From the NCBI GenBank assembly GCA_013265495.1, contig MU058387.1, positions 248,001 to 312,000 on the forward strand: DNA of 64,000 nt. Direction: 5' to 3'. Under the pieces are notes generated by a model, which had not been told where the DNA came from, searched no databases, and saw nothing but the letters and a program-made list of their open reading frames with translations. Below are positions 1 to 13,198 of this stretch, piece after piece. Position 1 is the stretch's first letter, and each line of letters starts with the position of its first letter. Source of the DNA: Vicugna vicugna (lineage: Eukaryota). Made by a program: the position numbers and the translations under genes.

Positions 1-309
1 AGAGAGCTGTCACCCACATGTGCCTTAGAGCCTCGGGTCCTTTTTACACTTTTAAAAACATCAAGTCAGAAATAAAAAGACGTCAACGGTCAGCAGCTAG
101 TCAAAACCCTCTGCTGTGTTTACCTGGATACGCTCTGTAAATGACATAAACAAACATACACATACACACATATACCATGGATGTGAGAAATATTTATATG
201 AGTAGATACAGAGCGTAGGCCTGAGAAAGCATCTTTTATAATCAAGCCACTTCCAGAATTCAAGAACTTAGAGGCCCAGGCGACTTCCTGATTGCGAGAC
301 TCTTATCAT

Positions 310-1560
310 AACATTTTTAACAACGCCACTGCAGTGCAATTGACAGACATAAGCTGAATATATTTTGATTGTGCCATTTTACGAGTTTGAAGGCATCACT
401 ACAGTCAAAATAATGAACTTACCCGTTATTTTCAAATGTTTCCTCATGCCTTACTAGAACGCCTCTCTCTAGTTCTTTCAGGAAACTGCTGATTTACTTC
501 CTGTCTCTGGTTTGTTTTATTTTCTTGAGTTTTATGTAAATGTCATTGTGCAGTAAGTACTCGTGTCCCCCTGTCTCCTTTCATTCAACATAATTATTTT
601 GAGACTCATTCGTTCTGGAGTATGAACTAATCGTCTATTCCTTTTAATGCAAGTAGTATCACACTGTGTGAATATACTGAAGTTTGCTTATCTATTCATC
701 GGTTGACTCATTTGGGCCGTTTCCAGCTTTATTACGACAAAGCCACCATAAAAATTTGTCCACAAGTCATCGTTTGGCCATATGCTTTCTTTCCTCTTAA
801 GTAGAGTGTATGGTTTGTGTGGTAGGTGTACTTGTAAGTTTTGAAGAAACTTCCAAATGATTTTCATAAGTGTGTCATTTTACATTCCCACCAGCAGTCT
901 ATGAGGAGAGTTCCTGCTACCTGCACATTCTCACCAACGTTTGGTACAGTCAGTCTTTTAATTTCAGCCATTTTAGTACCACATGCATAGTGGTATCTCA
1001 TATGGCTTGAATTTGCATTCCTACAGTAACAAATGGTGTTGAACTTCATATCATGAGCGTGTTTGCCATTCATATCTCTTCTTTGCTGAAATGTCTTTTA
1101 AACCTTTTATCCATTTCTAAAACTTGAGTTGTTTTCCTGCTAAGTTTTAGAATTTTATTATATATGCCATACATACGTCCTACATCAGATATGTGATATA
1201 CAAATATTTTACCCTACTCAGTGGCTTGTTTTTTCATTCCCTTAACAGTGTTTCCCAAAGAACAGAAATTTTTAATTTTGATGAAGTCCATTTTTTTCTT
1301 TTATAGACCTTGATTTGTTGTAATAGCTGAGAAATATTTGCTTAACCCAAGATCCCAAAGGTTTTCTCCTGTTTTTTTTTCGAGAAGTTTTATAATTTTT
1401 TATTTGTCTTTGACCCACTTTAAGTTACTTTTTAATACAGTGTGAGATATGGATTTAATTTCATTTTTTATTTGCATATGGAAACCCAATTGCTCTAGTG
1501 CTATTTGCCAAAAAGGCTATTTTTTCCTCCACTGAGTTATTGGGAAAATTATTTAAGTTA
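310..1560 (-). mobile_element. Old L1 (L1M-class) 3' region fragment, antisense
   Basis: Reverse-complement L1 motifs such as 'ttttacattcccaccagcag', 'gtagtggtatctca', 'gatatgtgatatacaaatattttaccc' and 'tttttaattttgatgaagtcca'. Boundaries approximate. Confidence 0.8.
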
Positions 1561-2405
1561 AGATGTATAAATATAAAACAGATTATACCCAAAATGAGTT
1601 TAAGCCTCACCTTTTATAAAAACACCTGGATTGCTGGGGAGAGATTTTTTTCATTCACAGTTGCAGTTGAGTTTAAGTAGAGTAGAAGAATTAAGGTGTC
1701 AAAAGCAAAGCAAGCCAAACCAATTGATTTGAGGTTTGTTTTGAACCTGTGGCCAAACTCAATGACTCAACTGATCTGTACCTACACCTGCTGTCTGTGT
1801 TTAGTTAAAATACCTACCCTTTTAGACCCTGGATGATAGCCTGCTATTGTTGAGGATAGAGACTTCTTATATTATTCAATTACTTATTTCTTTTCAAGGC
1901 TTGTGTTACTAATTTGGGGTCACTAAACGCTGAAGCCAAATGTCAGAGGCCTGTACGAGACCTGTCTCATATTTACTGTCATTCTGCATCTGTGCCACAC
2001 AAGCCTGACTCGTTGAAGGAGTCCCCTCCACTCTGTCGGTCTCAAGGGAATACATTTCTAGTATTGAAATTATAGAAGGTTTGAGATCTTAATGACTATT
2101 TTGCATTTTTCTATTATCTAAAATGTCCATCCTAATTCTATAGACATAAAATGATATTTGAAGTAAAATGTTATAATATTTTGGGGGTTTTATTTTATAA
2201 AATATAGACGACATTTTATATTAAATCACTCTGCCTTCTTATGAACACAGATGAAACCCTTAAAAACATTGTAACTTGAACCAATAAACAAAAGGAGAGA
2301 AGCACATAAACTTAACATGACTTTGATGATCACAACCACCGATGCTGGAAAATTAGTTTAATTTTTAGGGTCTACCAAGAAAGCTCCAGCTCCCACAGGA
2401 TGCAA

Positions 2406-2428
2406 ACACACACACACACACACACACA
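2406..2428. repeat. (CA)n microsatellite
   Basis: Directly visible. Confidence 0.9.
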
Positions 2429-2920
2429 AATATGCCAATAAATTTAAGTAGTCACTACTTCTGCTTTTTCAAAAAATAAAACCAGGTTCATCCCTTTATA
2501 AATGTCTCACCAAGTCTGCATAAAGCAGCACTATCTTGTCTGAAGTTCTTCCCAAAGGAACTTCTTTTTGCAATCATAGCAGTTCTTCATGCATAACTTC
2601 TGGGATTAGCAGGGCAGCGTCATCGCCGAGCACGGGCGTTGTGCCAGGGAGGAGCGGTCTGACATAGTACTCACTGCAATGTCTGTGCTAATGGTGGCAC
2701 CCAAACTGTTTTTGCTAGTTGTTCACAATCTTGATTTTTTTCACACTGTAGTAGAACAACTAGAACCAAGACTTGTGTTTCACAGGAGTCATATCTCATA
2801 AGGTTCCATATCTCATAAGCTCATTCATAATCTGTCATGTTTCTGAATGATTATAATGATACACCAGTACATTGCATTTTGATGTTGAAATAAGGATTTT
2901 GTTACAATGTAGAGTGTGGG

Positions 2921-3233
2921 TGCTATGGTCTGAATGTTTGTGTCCCCCATCAAACTCATGTTGGACTCCTAATGCCTAGTGGGATGGTAATAGGAGGTGG
3001 AGCCTTGGGCAGGAGATTAATGTCCTCCTAAAAGAGACCCCAGAGAGCTCCCTGGCCCCTTCCAGCACGTGAGGACACAACAAGAGGTCTTCTGCATGGA
3101 AGAGGGCCCTCATCGCACTATGCTGGCACCCTTATCTAGACTTCCAGACTCAAAAACTATAAAAAAAAATTCTGCTGTTTATAAGTGGCCCAGACTGTGG
3201 CATTTTGTTAGAGCAACTGAATGGGCTAAGGCA
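2921..3233 (+). mobile_element. ERVL-MaLR solo LTR (MLT1A-like)
   Basis: Starts TG (tgctatggtctgaatgtttgtgtcccc) and ends CA (gggctaaggca). Perfect 5-bp TSD GTGGG at 2916-2920 and 3234-3238. Confidence 0.9.
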
Positions 3234-3469
3234 GTGGGGCACCTGCACATGGTTTCCTGACTCTGTGAGCATTTCTAGTGATTCCATGTAGTCCCAGGTT
3301 TCCGAGCAAAGCAACATTGTAAAAGTAATTGCCTAGGGTGAACCTCCCTTGCTATAATCTCCCCAAAACAACATGTGCTTTCTCTCTACTCTGACATCAC
3401 ATTTGGTTGCAAAAGACCTGTTTAATGCTTTTCATAACTTTTGATACTAAAAGCATCACAAACGCCATG

Positions 3470-3545
3470 CTTTGTCTCCCCAGTGCATACATGATAGTGC
3501 CCAGCACATAGTAGGTACACAGATATGTGTGGTGAGTGAACAATT
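3470..3545 (+). mobile_element. L2 3' end fragment
   Basis: 'gtctccccagtgc...atagtgcccagcacatagtaggt...gtgagtgaa' matches the L2 terminal motif. Confidence 0.6.
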
Positions 3546-5879
3546 ATATCCTTGAAAAATCCAGTATTTGCAATTCCAATTTGACATTAAGTAATTTATT
3601 CCACTATTTAGCAAGTTTCGTTCAATGTCTGTGAATATCTTGCTTATGGGGCTAGATTCTAGAGAGAGCAAAGAAAATGCGACACTACATATGATTTCAA
3701 AGAGTTTAGAAACAATTTAAATTTGGTTGATCCTGGAATATTTACTTTAAGATGTTTTTGGAAGCAAAGATCAATCATTGTGACTCCTAAACTGGCTCAC
3801 ATCGTATATTTTTGCCAAGTTTTACTGATCGTACACAATGTTCTAGTTCTTTGTTATTCTCTACCACACCTGAATAGCATCACTACCATCTGAAAGCTAA
3901 AAGGCTTCATAAGGTTCAGGGTCGGTTTAGTCTTGTTAAGTGTCAATATAGGTAAAAATATTAAGATTTAAAACAAAACAACTGGTAGTATAAAATGCAC
4001 ATGGGTTCTTTCCATATTAATTACCAATACAACAATTTTTAAAGCTCAGTTTTCAAATAACAAAAATTGTTGCAGGTTAACTTACATTCGTTTTATAGAC
4101 AAGTAAAAAAACTGATTAAAATCAAGTAAATACAATATTAATATACACTATAAATATATCAATCATATAATACATTTATGTATTAAATTAACATAAAATA
4201 TATATATATGTATTACAATTAAGGAAAAGAGAGTGGCTTTGCACTATGGATACAAAACAACTACTTTACACAATTCTATCATCATCCGAGAAGAGCTTTT
4301 GAACTTTATTTATTAAGCTATTAGTGAGAGTACATACAGAAATTATCCTAGTTAACGTAAAACTTCTCAGTGCAAAATATTGGAGTGCATATTGTTTGGG
4401 ACCAATACAAGATTGATTTATGCCTTGGCTTGACTTTCAATTAGAAAATTTAGACCAACCAGCCAAGGTCTGAAAACCGGATGGCAGGAAGCAAAGCTAA
4501 GTTACTCTGTTTCAAGTCTCAGTGTTGTGATATCTAAAGTCCTCGTTTAGAGGAAAGGGAAAAAACTGAGAATAGACAGGAAAATTTCAAAACAGAGGGG
4601 GAAGATTCTCTTAGAAGAATAGGGTCAGAAGCCACCTGAAAGCTCATCGTGGTCACTGGCATCATTTTACAGCCCACGTCTCCACGATCCAAAGAGGTGC
4701 TATAGCTTTTCAGCGTCACAGAGTAAGGTATGGACGCAGGCAGAATAAAACTCCAAAGTCTTTTAATTTCTAGTGCAAGGTTCTCTCCAATATTAGAAGC
4801 CTTTTAAAGTATCCACTGTTGCTTTAAAGGAAAATGCCTCCTTTTTTCTAAGCCTAAAACTGACCACTGAAATGACGTGGTCATTCTGAGACACTCCTGA
4901 GAACTGAATGTTCTCCTAGACACATCCTGAGAACTGAATGTTTTTAAATCACAAAGAAATTACATTCATAGAGCCCCTGCTTCAAAGAAAAATATTCAAA
5001 GGAGGGGATACTTACAGAAAAGCAAATAAATACTGATGCTATTATATAGCTGATTTAAAATTTTGGCACCAATAACATAGCAAAGAAAAATAAATTTCAA
5101 GACATATGAATAGAAGAAACTGTATTCTTTATATCCATCAAGCATCCCATTAAGTGTTCCTTAACTTGTCACTTGTGAAACAAATTCACTTTGCCACTTC
5201 AGTTCCAGCAAAGCGCCCTTGGTTCTCATCTTTCCTTTCCTCTCCAGACTCCTTCCTGTACAATTTTATCAACCTCTGTTGGTTTCAAGCATCATCAATT
5301 GGATTAAAACTCCTCACATGTATGTTTCCATCCCCCACGTTTGATCTTGCTTTCTGAACTCACGTGCGTTGGGCTCTTCTGCCTGGAAAACTTACAAGCA
5401 CTTCAAGTTAAACATGCTGGATATTGAGCACACGGTCAACTTCCTCCAAAGCTCCCTTTTCCCTGCATTTCCCATGCCCTTTGATAAAACAGTCATTTTG
5501 CGCTTCTGCTACAGCCTCACGCTTCACCTCTGTTCACCTCTGTGAATTTCTAGCCCACGTAGCTCTCGGATTAGTTCCCTGCTTTTCGTTTCCACCACCT
5601 CCGCATGACTCCCGGAACTCATCCCCTCCTCTGTGATTTCTTCCTCTCCTTCCCATTTCTCACACAACTCCATTTCTTCACCCAGCTTGGAGCTGAGGCA
5701 ATCATGTCATGCCCACGATACAAGGAATATTCTAGACCTCTTAGGTGGGCAAAAGATGCCTCACAGGTGGTCCTTGACTTTTCTCACTCACCTCATCTCA
5801 CATCAGTTTCCCTATCTTTTACTCTCATTACCCTGTACCTCGGCCACTTTGAAATTTTCAACAATCCCCAAACACACTT

Positions 5880-6225
5880 GACCCCTTCACGCTTCTGACA
5901 GTGCTTGATAAGATAGATTTCTCCTTCTCTTGAGATAAAAACCTATGTATTCTACAAGATTTGGCTCTCTTGCCCTCTCCATAAAGCCTTCATTCAACCC
6001 CTCAAGACAACTAGTAAAGCAAGTCCCTCCTCCCTCCCTTGAGTTCCCACAGCAATCTGTTCATATATCTGCTGTGACACTTATCAGATTGCCCTCTAAG
6101 TAACTAACACTGTGAGCTCCCTTAGGTCAAGAACTGTATCACATTCCTCTTCACAAACAGTCAAACTGGGCTTGGGGACCACATAGCATTCAGCAGTGTA
6201 TGTTCGCTAAATAAAGGAATACTGA
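5880..6225 (+). mobile_element. L2 3' fragment
   Basis: 'ctgtgagctcccttaggtcaagaactgtatc...' and a terminal 'aaataaaggaat' resemble the L2 3' end. Degenerate. Confidence 0.55.
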
Positions 6226-6569
6226 TAAATAGGTAAAGGCATAGGTGGGTGAGAGAGGGATGGGTGAATCAAACACAGACCCTTGACTTAGCGTCTCCAG
6301 GTCAGATTGCAGCACACTTAGGAAATCTACCTAAGCCTGGTACTGTAGAAGTAGCCATATACAGGATGTAAGCTTAGGCAATGAAAAGGGCTCTTGTCCC
6401 CAAATATCTCCCTGTGAGCTCTCTGATGCTAATAATTCTTCAAAATAGAACAAAGGTTTTCACTCTATAATTGGGAAAGAAGTTAAACTTAAAAATACCT
6501 CAATCATGAGTTCATCGTGCACTGTGGGGAAAGGGGTCCACATGGAAGTTACTCTTTACCCTTATAGAA

Positions 6570-6800
6570 CTTCACTCCAGATCCAGGCTGTCTGAGTTTA
6601 AGACTCAACTCAGTGATGTACTGGTCTGACTAATACACAGACCTCTCTGTGCCTTGGGTTTTTCATATGTAAAACAGGGACTGTAATTAATAATAGGACT
6701 ATTTCTCTAGGAGTGTTATAATAATAAAACTCAGTAGTTATTACACATGTGATGCTTACAGGAGTGTTTTATACGTGGTCTATGTTTAATAAATTATTAT
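6570..6800 (+). mobile_element. MIR SINE
   Basis: Core 'acctctctgtgccttgggtttttcatatgtaaaacaggga' and tail 'taataaattattatt'. Confidence 0.7.
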
Positions 6801-8824
6801 TCTTAATTCTCAATAGTTTACAATTGAAATCAGAGCATCTCTGGAGAGAAATTTATAGTAACAGATAGAACCAGTTCATTTATAGTAATAGAATAGGGCA
6901 GGATGCTACGGAAGGAAGAAACCATCAGGGAAGACAGAACTGGAGCTGTCAAATGCAATCTGCCCCCAGAAATGTGTTTGAGCCTCTACCCTAATCCATA
7001 ATACGGCACAGCAATTATTATTTCATTTGATTTTCAGAATATTGTAGGGCGCTCTTTTACAGTAAGAAGGCTGGATATTGATGGGAAATAAATGAGACCC
7101 AGTTTTAAAGTACTTTGTATTTTCTGGATTAAAAATATTGAGAAAGGAATTGTAAGACATTCATCCATAGTTGAAAAGGAAATAGCCATGATTAAGACAA
7201 CAACAACAGCAAAACCTGCAAGGAAAGATGGAAAACGGGAAGAAAAAAGATCTAAGAGTAATTGTGTGAGTGGGGGAGAGTGAGGAATGCTGCTGAAAAT
7301 ACCAAACATGGTGTAGTTTTGTAAAAGGCCATTAACCTACTTGAATACTGTGGAAGAGGGCAAACAGTCCCACGCCTAAAAAGTCAGAGTTCCACGCTCA
7401 GGTTTTACTTTAAAATGTGGAGATGTTTCAATAAAGCAGAGAGAAAAAAATAAAAGTAGATCAATAATGTTGAACTTATTCAAATATCCACTGGGCTGCC
7501 TTCAGTTACGTGGATTCCAGAGCCATAAAAAAGAGCTGCCGTTTTATTTGTTACCTCTCTGCCATTCTCTTTACACAAATGAAGATAAGAAACAAGGCCT
7601 ACATACCCCTCATCTTTGCACAAAAAGATCAAAAATGTTGTACAAAGAACTGTCCTTGACTGTCCCTGTCTTAAGTTTGTGTTCATTGTATATATAGGAG
7701 ATCCGTTCAGAGAGCAAAAAACGCTTTCATTTTAGACCATTGTATTAACATGATTCAAACTGAACTTTTCATATCATAAAAGGTAGGTTAGCAGGAAATT
7801 ATACCGAAGTTTGACGGTAATATATGAATATAATTTGTATAATATTTATTCAATGTATAATACTATGTATAATTAAATGCAATATGATACTTATCGAATA
7901 CATAAATCTGAAACATATAAAGGTTAAAAATGTGACAAACTAAATCAAAGGAAAAACAGGAAAAAGCTGTAAAAAATAAAAACCAGACTTCAAGACACAT
8001 AAGCAGCCAGAGACTGGCTAAAACCGGGACACCTCTCACTGCAGGAAAGCAGTACCACACTAACCTAGAGACTAAGACAATAATGGACACTCACCCTTAC
8101 AAACAGAAGACTTCACAGGAAGTTTAAATTATAAAGAATGCATGCAAAATATTTAAGAATGATCTCTGTGTTTTACCATTCACTTTTGTATTGTCTATGT
8201 AGAAACCTCGTTTATATGAAACATTTCATTTGAGGTCAATGATGGAAAAATGAGGTATTACTGCCTGTATTTATCAGTACTATTACAATCATGGGAAGAT
8301 TATAAAAATTGCCCTTCTCACATTCCAAGTAGTCGAAATATTAGGTTAGGCATTAATTGAAAAACAAATAGGTACTACCCATTATTATTTTTAAATATCT
8401 AAATTTTGAACATCTTTATTAAATTTACCTTAAAGAGAAATTCACTGAAATTCACTGATGATAAAATTATTTCAGTATAGCTTCTAAAAACGAAGACCTT
8501 TAAAATAGTGAGAGGAAACCGAAAGGACAATGCTGAGGGCAAAAGAACCTGCATTTCATTATTTCCCCAACCTCTAAGTGTTCGCCTTCATTCAACATAA
8601 AAAATACAAGTTTCCAGGAGCCCTTTGAACTTCTTGAATCAATCAAGTAATTCTTGGAGGCAAAGAAAGACATGTCAAAAAGCTGTTATAAATCCACAGT
8701 GTGGATTAGGCAGGACTCAGACAAATAGTGTAAGCCCACGCACAAATCACCCAAAGTCTGATCTGAAAGCTTCTTGTCGTTCACAAACCCACTAATAAAA
8801 CACACCTAAGATGGCGCTAAAGAG

Positions 8825-9250
8825 ATGGCTGGCTCTGTGTTCACTAAAATTCCTCCTTCTCTCTGGTCAAACAGCTTGATTACTTTTCTAGCCTCCCTGG
8901 AGGTTGGAAGTCTCCATGTGACTCAGTTTTCTCTGAAGGAACACAAGCGATAATGCTTTTGTCAGATTCACACCTGGCTACTGAAGTCCCCCCAAGGATG
9001 CTCCCATGCCTTCTTCCCTTCTCCGGAAACAGAGGTAACAGTAAGGTGGCCTCTAGGAGGGGAGCACCTAGGAGGTGGGCTGAGCTTCAAGATCCAATGA
9101 GCCTGGGTCTGTGTGTGATCATGGGGGAGAGTGGTCCTGCCCACATGAACACCAGCCCATCACTCTTGCATGAGTGAACAATATCTACTGTGTTAAACCT
9201 CTGACATTTAGTGACTATGTGTTCTCATTCCCTAGCTTGCCCTAACATCC
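8825..9250 (+). mobile_element. Old MaLR LTR (MLT1I/J-like)
   Basis: 'ttttctagcctccctggaggttgg...catgtgactcagtttt', 'gagcctgggtct' and 'tactgtgttaaacctctgacattt' are typical of old MLT1 LTRs. Confidence 0.65.
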
Positions 9251-9259
9251 AAATGGTGA

Positions 9260-9502
9260 AGTGGAGAGTTTGAAGTTAGATGAATCTAGCTTTCACTCTC
9301 CACTCCCTATTTTATTAAATGTGTGGCTTTAGTTAATTCTCTCAAAAGTTCAAAGCCTCCATTGCCTCTTTTTTAAAAGAGAAAAAATGGTCTCTTGTGC
9401 CCAATGCACAGAGTCACGATGGATTTTAAATGAGATAATATATGAGAAAATATTTAGCACAGTGTCTAACAAAATATCTAATAAATGAAAGCTATTATCA
9501 TT
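9260..9502 (+). mobile_element. MIR SINE
   Basis: 'ttaaatgagataatatatgagaaaatatttagcacagtgtct...aataaatgaaagctattatcatt' matches the MIR 3' half. Confidence 0.75.
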
Positions 9503-9598
9503 TAGTTTGGTAATTAAATATCATAAGTACTATTTAAGAGAAAAAATAAATATCTGAATAGCTTTTAAGACTCTCTCTCTATATCTATACAGAGTTTT

Positions 9599-9629
<31 letters not shown>

Positions 9630-10952
9630 ATAAATAAAAGTATAGACTCCTACCTCAATTTAAACCAATGACAATTCAGTTTTCTCTACCAGAAAACTGC
9701 ACAAGCAATGGGATCCTTACAGGAGGATACGTTTAAAGATATTTAAATTCAAATATACAACATCAAATGTGATCCAGATTCCTCACAGCAAGAAAGTAGG
9801 ACCATCTTCCTGGCTGCCTAACACACAAACGCACACACACACAGACACACATGCACACAACCTATTTAGTGACGATCTTTCCAAGAAGACACCCTGATTC
9901 CACTTTACACAGCGAAGGGAAAACACGACTTAAAAAAGACAAGAGAAAACAATTACCTCACTATTCCTGTGAAGGGAATCTGTGTAACATGTTTGTAGTT
10001 TTTGAAGGTAAAGTCCTAGTTCTTGTTTGTGTTGTTTGCTCCACGGAAAACTAAAAAGAAAAAAAAAAGAAAATATATAGACTGCTAAAGGTGAAAAATC
10101 ATTCCATATCAAATTCACATTGATGACACTTCAAAACAACGATTTCTATAAAGGAGACGGCCAACATTGTAACTGTATTCCTTATAAGTCTCAAGTACAC
10201 TCAGTTAGATTCAATACCAGGACATAAGAAGAGTGAAATAAGAAAGACCTTTCTCTTCTTTTTAAAAACACATTTCAATAATAAATGGTAGCTTGCCTTT
10301 GTCTTCATCCTTCTTTAGTTTTATTAGTGCTATTTTGGACTGTAAGATCTTTATCCTACCCCACCAGCTCTCGCCACCCTCCCCCCTCGCCTTCTCTTTC
10401 TCCACCATTGTTCTTCCAAACCACAAGACCATCTGTTCGCTTGGCAGATGCAAGTCAGTTCTATAATTGTTGTCATTCTTAGCATAGTGCAAACCCTGCA
10501 CAATCAAGAGGACGAGAAGTACTACATTCATGAGTTAGCCAAATGTATATTGTTGTCGAAATTACTTGTCAAAACGTCAAGGGGAACAATATTTGATTTT
10601 CAAAGCACAGCATACATCCACCCGGATTACAATATGAGGGCTCTATTATGCTGTTACTTATGTAATGCCTCATTCAGATTTTGACTGAAGTAAATGGCAT
10701 GTGCTCTCACAGGCTTTGATTTCTATTGTGTTGAAGCAGTATAGGAGTTAGTTACAGAATCCTTTGTTCGAGCAGGGAATTGAGAGATTTTTCTGAAGGC
10801 TATCGAATACACACTCTTGGAAGACAGAAATCTCTGGAATGAATGCTCCTCATTTTTAAACAACTCCAATATGTGATTATCAAGATTGAAGTATAAAATA
10901 TAGTTTAAAATGTGGAATTGGGGGATTTTCAAGATGAAAGGCAGGAAGGTCT

Positions 10953-11454
10953 TGTATCACATCTTTACTGCTGCTGTAACAAATTGTCACCAACTTAGTG
11001 GCTTCAAATTTTTTATCTTACATTTCTATAGATCAAGAGTTTGACATAGGTCCCATTGGACTGACAGCAAATGTCAGCAGGGCTGCTTTCCTTTATAGAA
11101 ACCCTAACAAATAATGCGTTTTCTTGCCTCTTCCAGTTTCTAGAGGCCACCCCCATTCTTTGGCTGCGCCCTCCCTCTGGTATCTTCAAAGTCAGCAGCA
11201 CTGTTGAATCTCTCTGACCAGTTTTCCATCATCATATCCCCCTCTCAGACAACAGCCAGGAAAGGGTCTCTACTTTTAAAGAATCATGTGATTAATTTGT
11301 GTTCATCTGGATAAATTGGAATAATGTCCCCAACTCAGAGTCCTTAACCTTAACCACGTCTGCAGATTTCCTTTTTCCACCAAAGTTAACGTGGTCCCAG
11401 GTTCCAGGGATTAGGGAGTGGGCATCTCTGGGAAATATTACTCTGCCTGCCACA
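10953..11454 (-). mobile_element. ERVL-MaLR solo LTR (MLT1D-like)
   Basis: TG...CA termini, with 'ctgctgtaacaaattgtcaccaacttagtggctt', 'tccttaaccttaaccacgtctgcag' and 'ctctgcctgccaca'. Confidence 0.85.
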
Positions 11455-11781
11455 CTCTATTGTCCATCTCAAGGTCCTCTTTTACAAATGATGAAAGACA
11501 TAAAATGGGTTATATTGGCTCAAAGTTGAATACTGAAAAATTCAAGCTAGAACCCCCAAACTCCAGTTCCCAGCCCTTGTGACTAAAATGTACCACTTTT
11601 CTTTATACTTTGACATGATTCATCTTGTGAAAAAGAAATGAACCAAAGGGTCCTCTAAACATTTACACCTCAGAGCTCTAATAGCAGGCCTAAACTATTA
11701 TTTGATGATGTAAGCCAGTTTTATTTGCAACTTTTCAGCAACGCACAGACTTCCAAGACTTAGAGTAGGTGTTTAATTTAT

Positions 11782-11817
<36 letters not shown>

Positions 11818-13198
11818 TTGATGACAATAAAGATGATTTCATATCACAATGCACTCCCTAAGGCTCTAAAAATGCTCTTAATTTCTAACTGATTTATGAC
11901 ATGCACACACATTGAAGATAGATGAATAAGAAACCAACCGATTAGAAGATCTGCACATGTAAACCTTTTACAAATACTTATTCAGTGACTACTCCAGGCT
12001 CAGTGTTGAACTAGATGCTGGAGATAAAGGATAAACAGGTCATGGAATTGTCTTGAATTAATCCCACGTATCAGGTCCCATGTCCCTCACCAAGGTGCGT
12101 GAAAGGTGAAAGATGGGGGAAGTGGCTGTGGTTAGAAGGGGCATCAATAGAGAGAACAGCACTGGAGGTTAACTCTGAGGGGTAATGGGGATCGCAGACA
12201 CTCAGGTAAGTAGGAATGGGCGTTCCTTTATTTTCTCAGGTACCATAAAAAGGTATCAGGTTAATCAGATGAAAAAGATCAAGCAAAATTAGCCTCTAGG
12301 AAGCTTCTGTGCCTCCCATCCCATCCCTCCCTCCGCACATTTTCTTCCATATTGAAATTCGTTAAGTCTGAGGACGGACAGTGACATAATCTACAAGCAG
12401 GCCACTGGATGGCTCTCCCCAGTAAGCAACTTTGAGCTCTCAAGTTGAGTGTGGAATGTCTGCTCTCCTCTGTAAATGCTGTAGAGAGGGTATGAGGCAC
12501 TCATCGTGTGAGAAAAAGCTTCCATGCTGGAGAATTTCCAAACAGATGCCCTGTAATAAACTATTGACTTCTTTTCAAGAACTGCCAAGACATGTCGAAA
12601 CTAGGCACTTTAATTTAAGAATGTTCAATAAATAATATCATTAGTAATGACTAAGATCTTATGAAATTTTTTAGAAAGTAATGATATTTTAGTGTGTATT
12701 CAAGTATTCAATAAATAATTATTAAACTACTGCTATGTGCCAGACACTCTTCTATACATTGAAAGATTGAGGGAAATGAAATCCTTCTTTTCCAAAAGAG
12801 GTGAATATCTAATATGGTAGAGGATAAAAAGCGTTGCAGAGAAAGGTAAAAGTAGGATAGGGTAATAGCAAAAGGGCATCATGGTGGTGCCATACGCAGG
12901 ATTCCCAGGACACATTCTCACAGAATGTGACTCAGACACACACCTGGGCAAACTGAATGGAGAATCCATGCAAAAGGAATAGAGAGTACAAAAGCCACGG
13001 AGCACAGGGTTTTTGATGTAGACCGAGAAAAGCAATGAGACAAGAAGAGCAGAAGGAAGGAGAAATGCAGAAGGAGATGAGAGTGGAAAAGGAGCTGGGG
13101 ACACTCCCACGTGGGGCACTGATGGATTTTGTTTTGAGTCCAGTGGGAAGTTGCTCAGGGATTTTGAACAGGTCTATGCCATGATTTAACTTACATTT

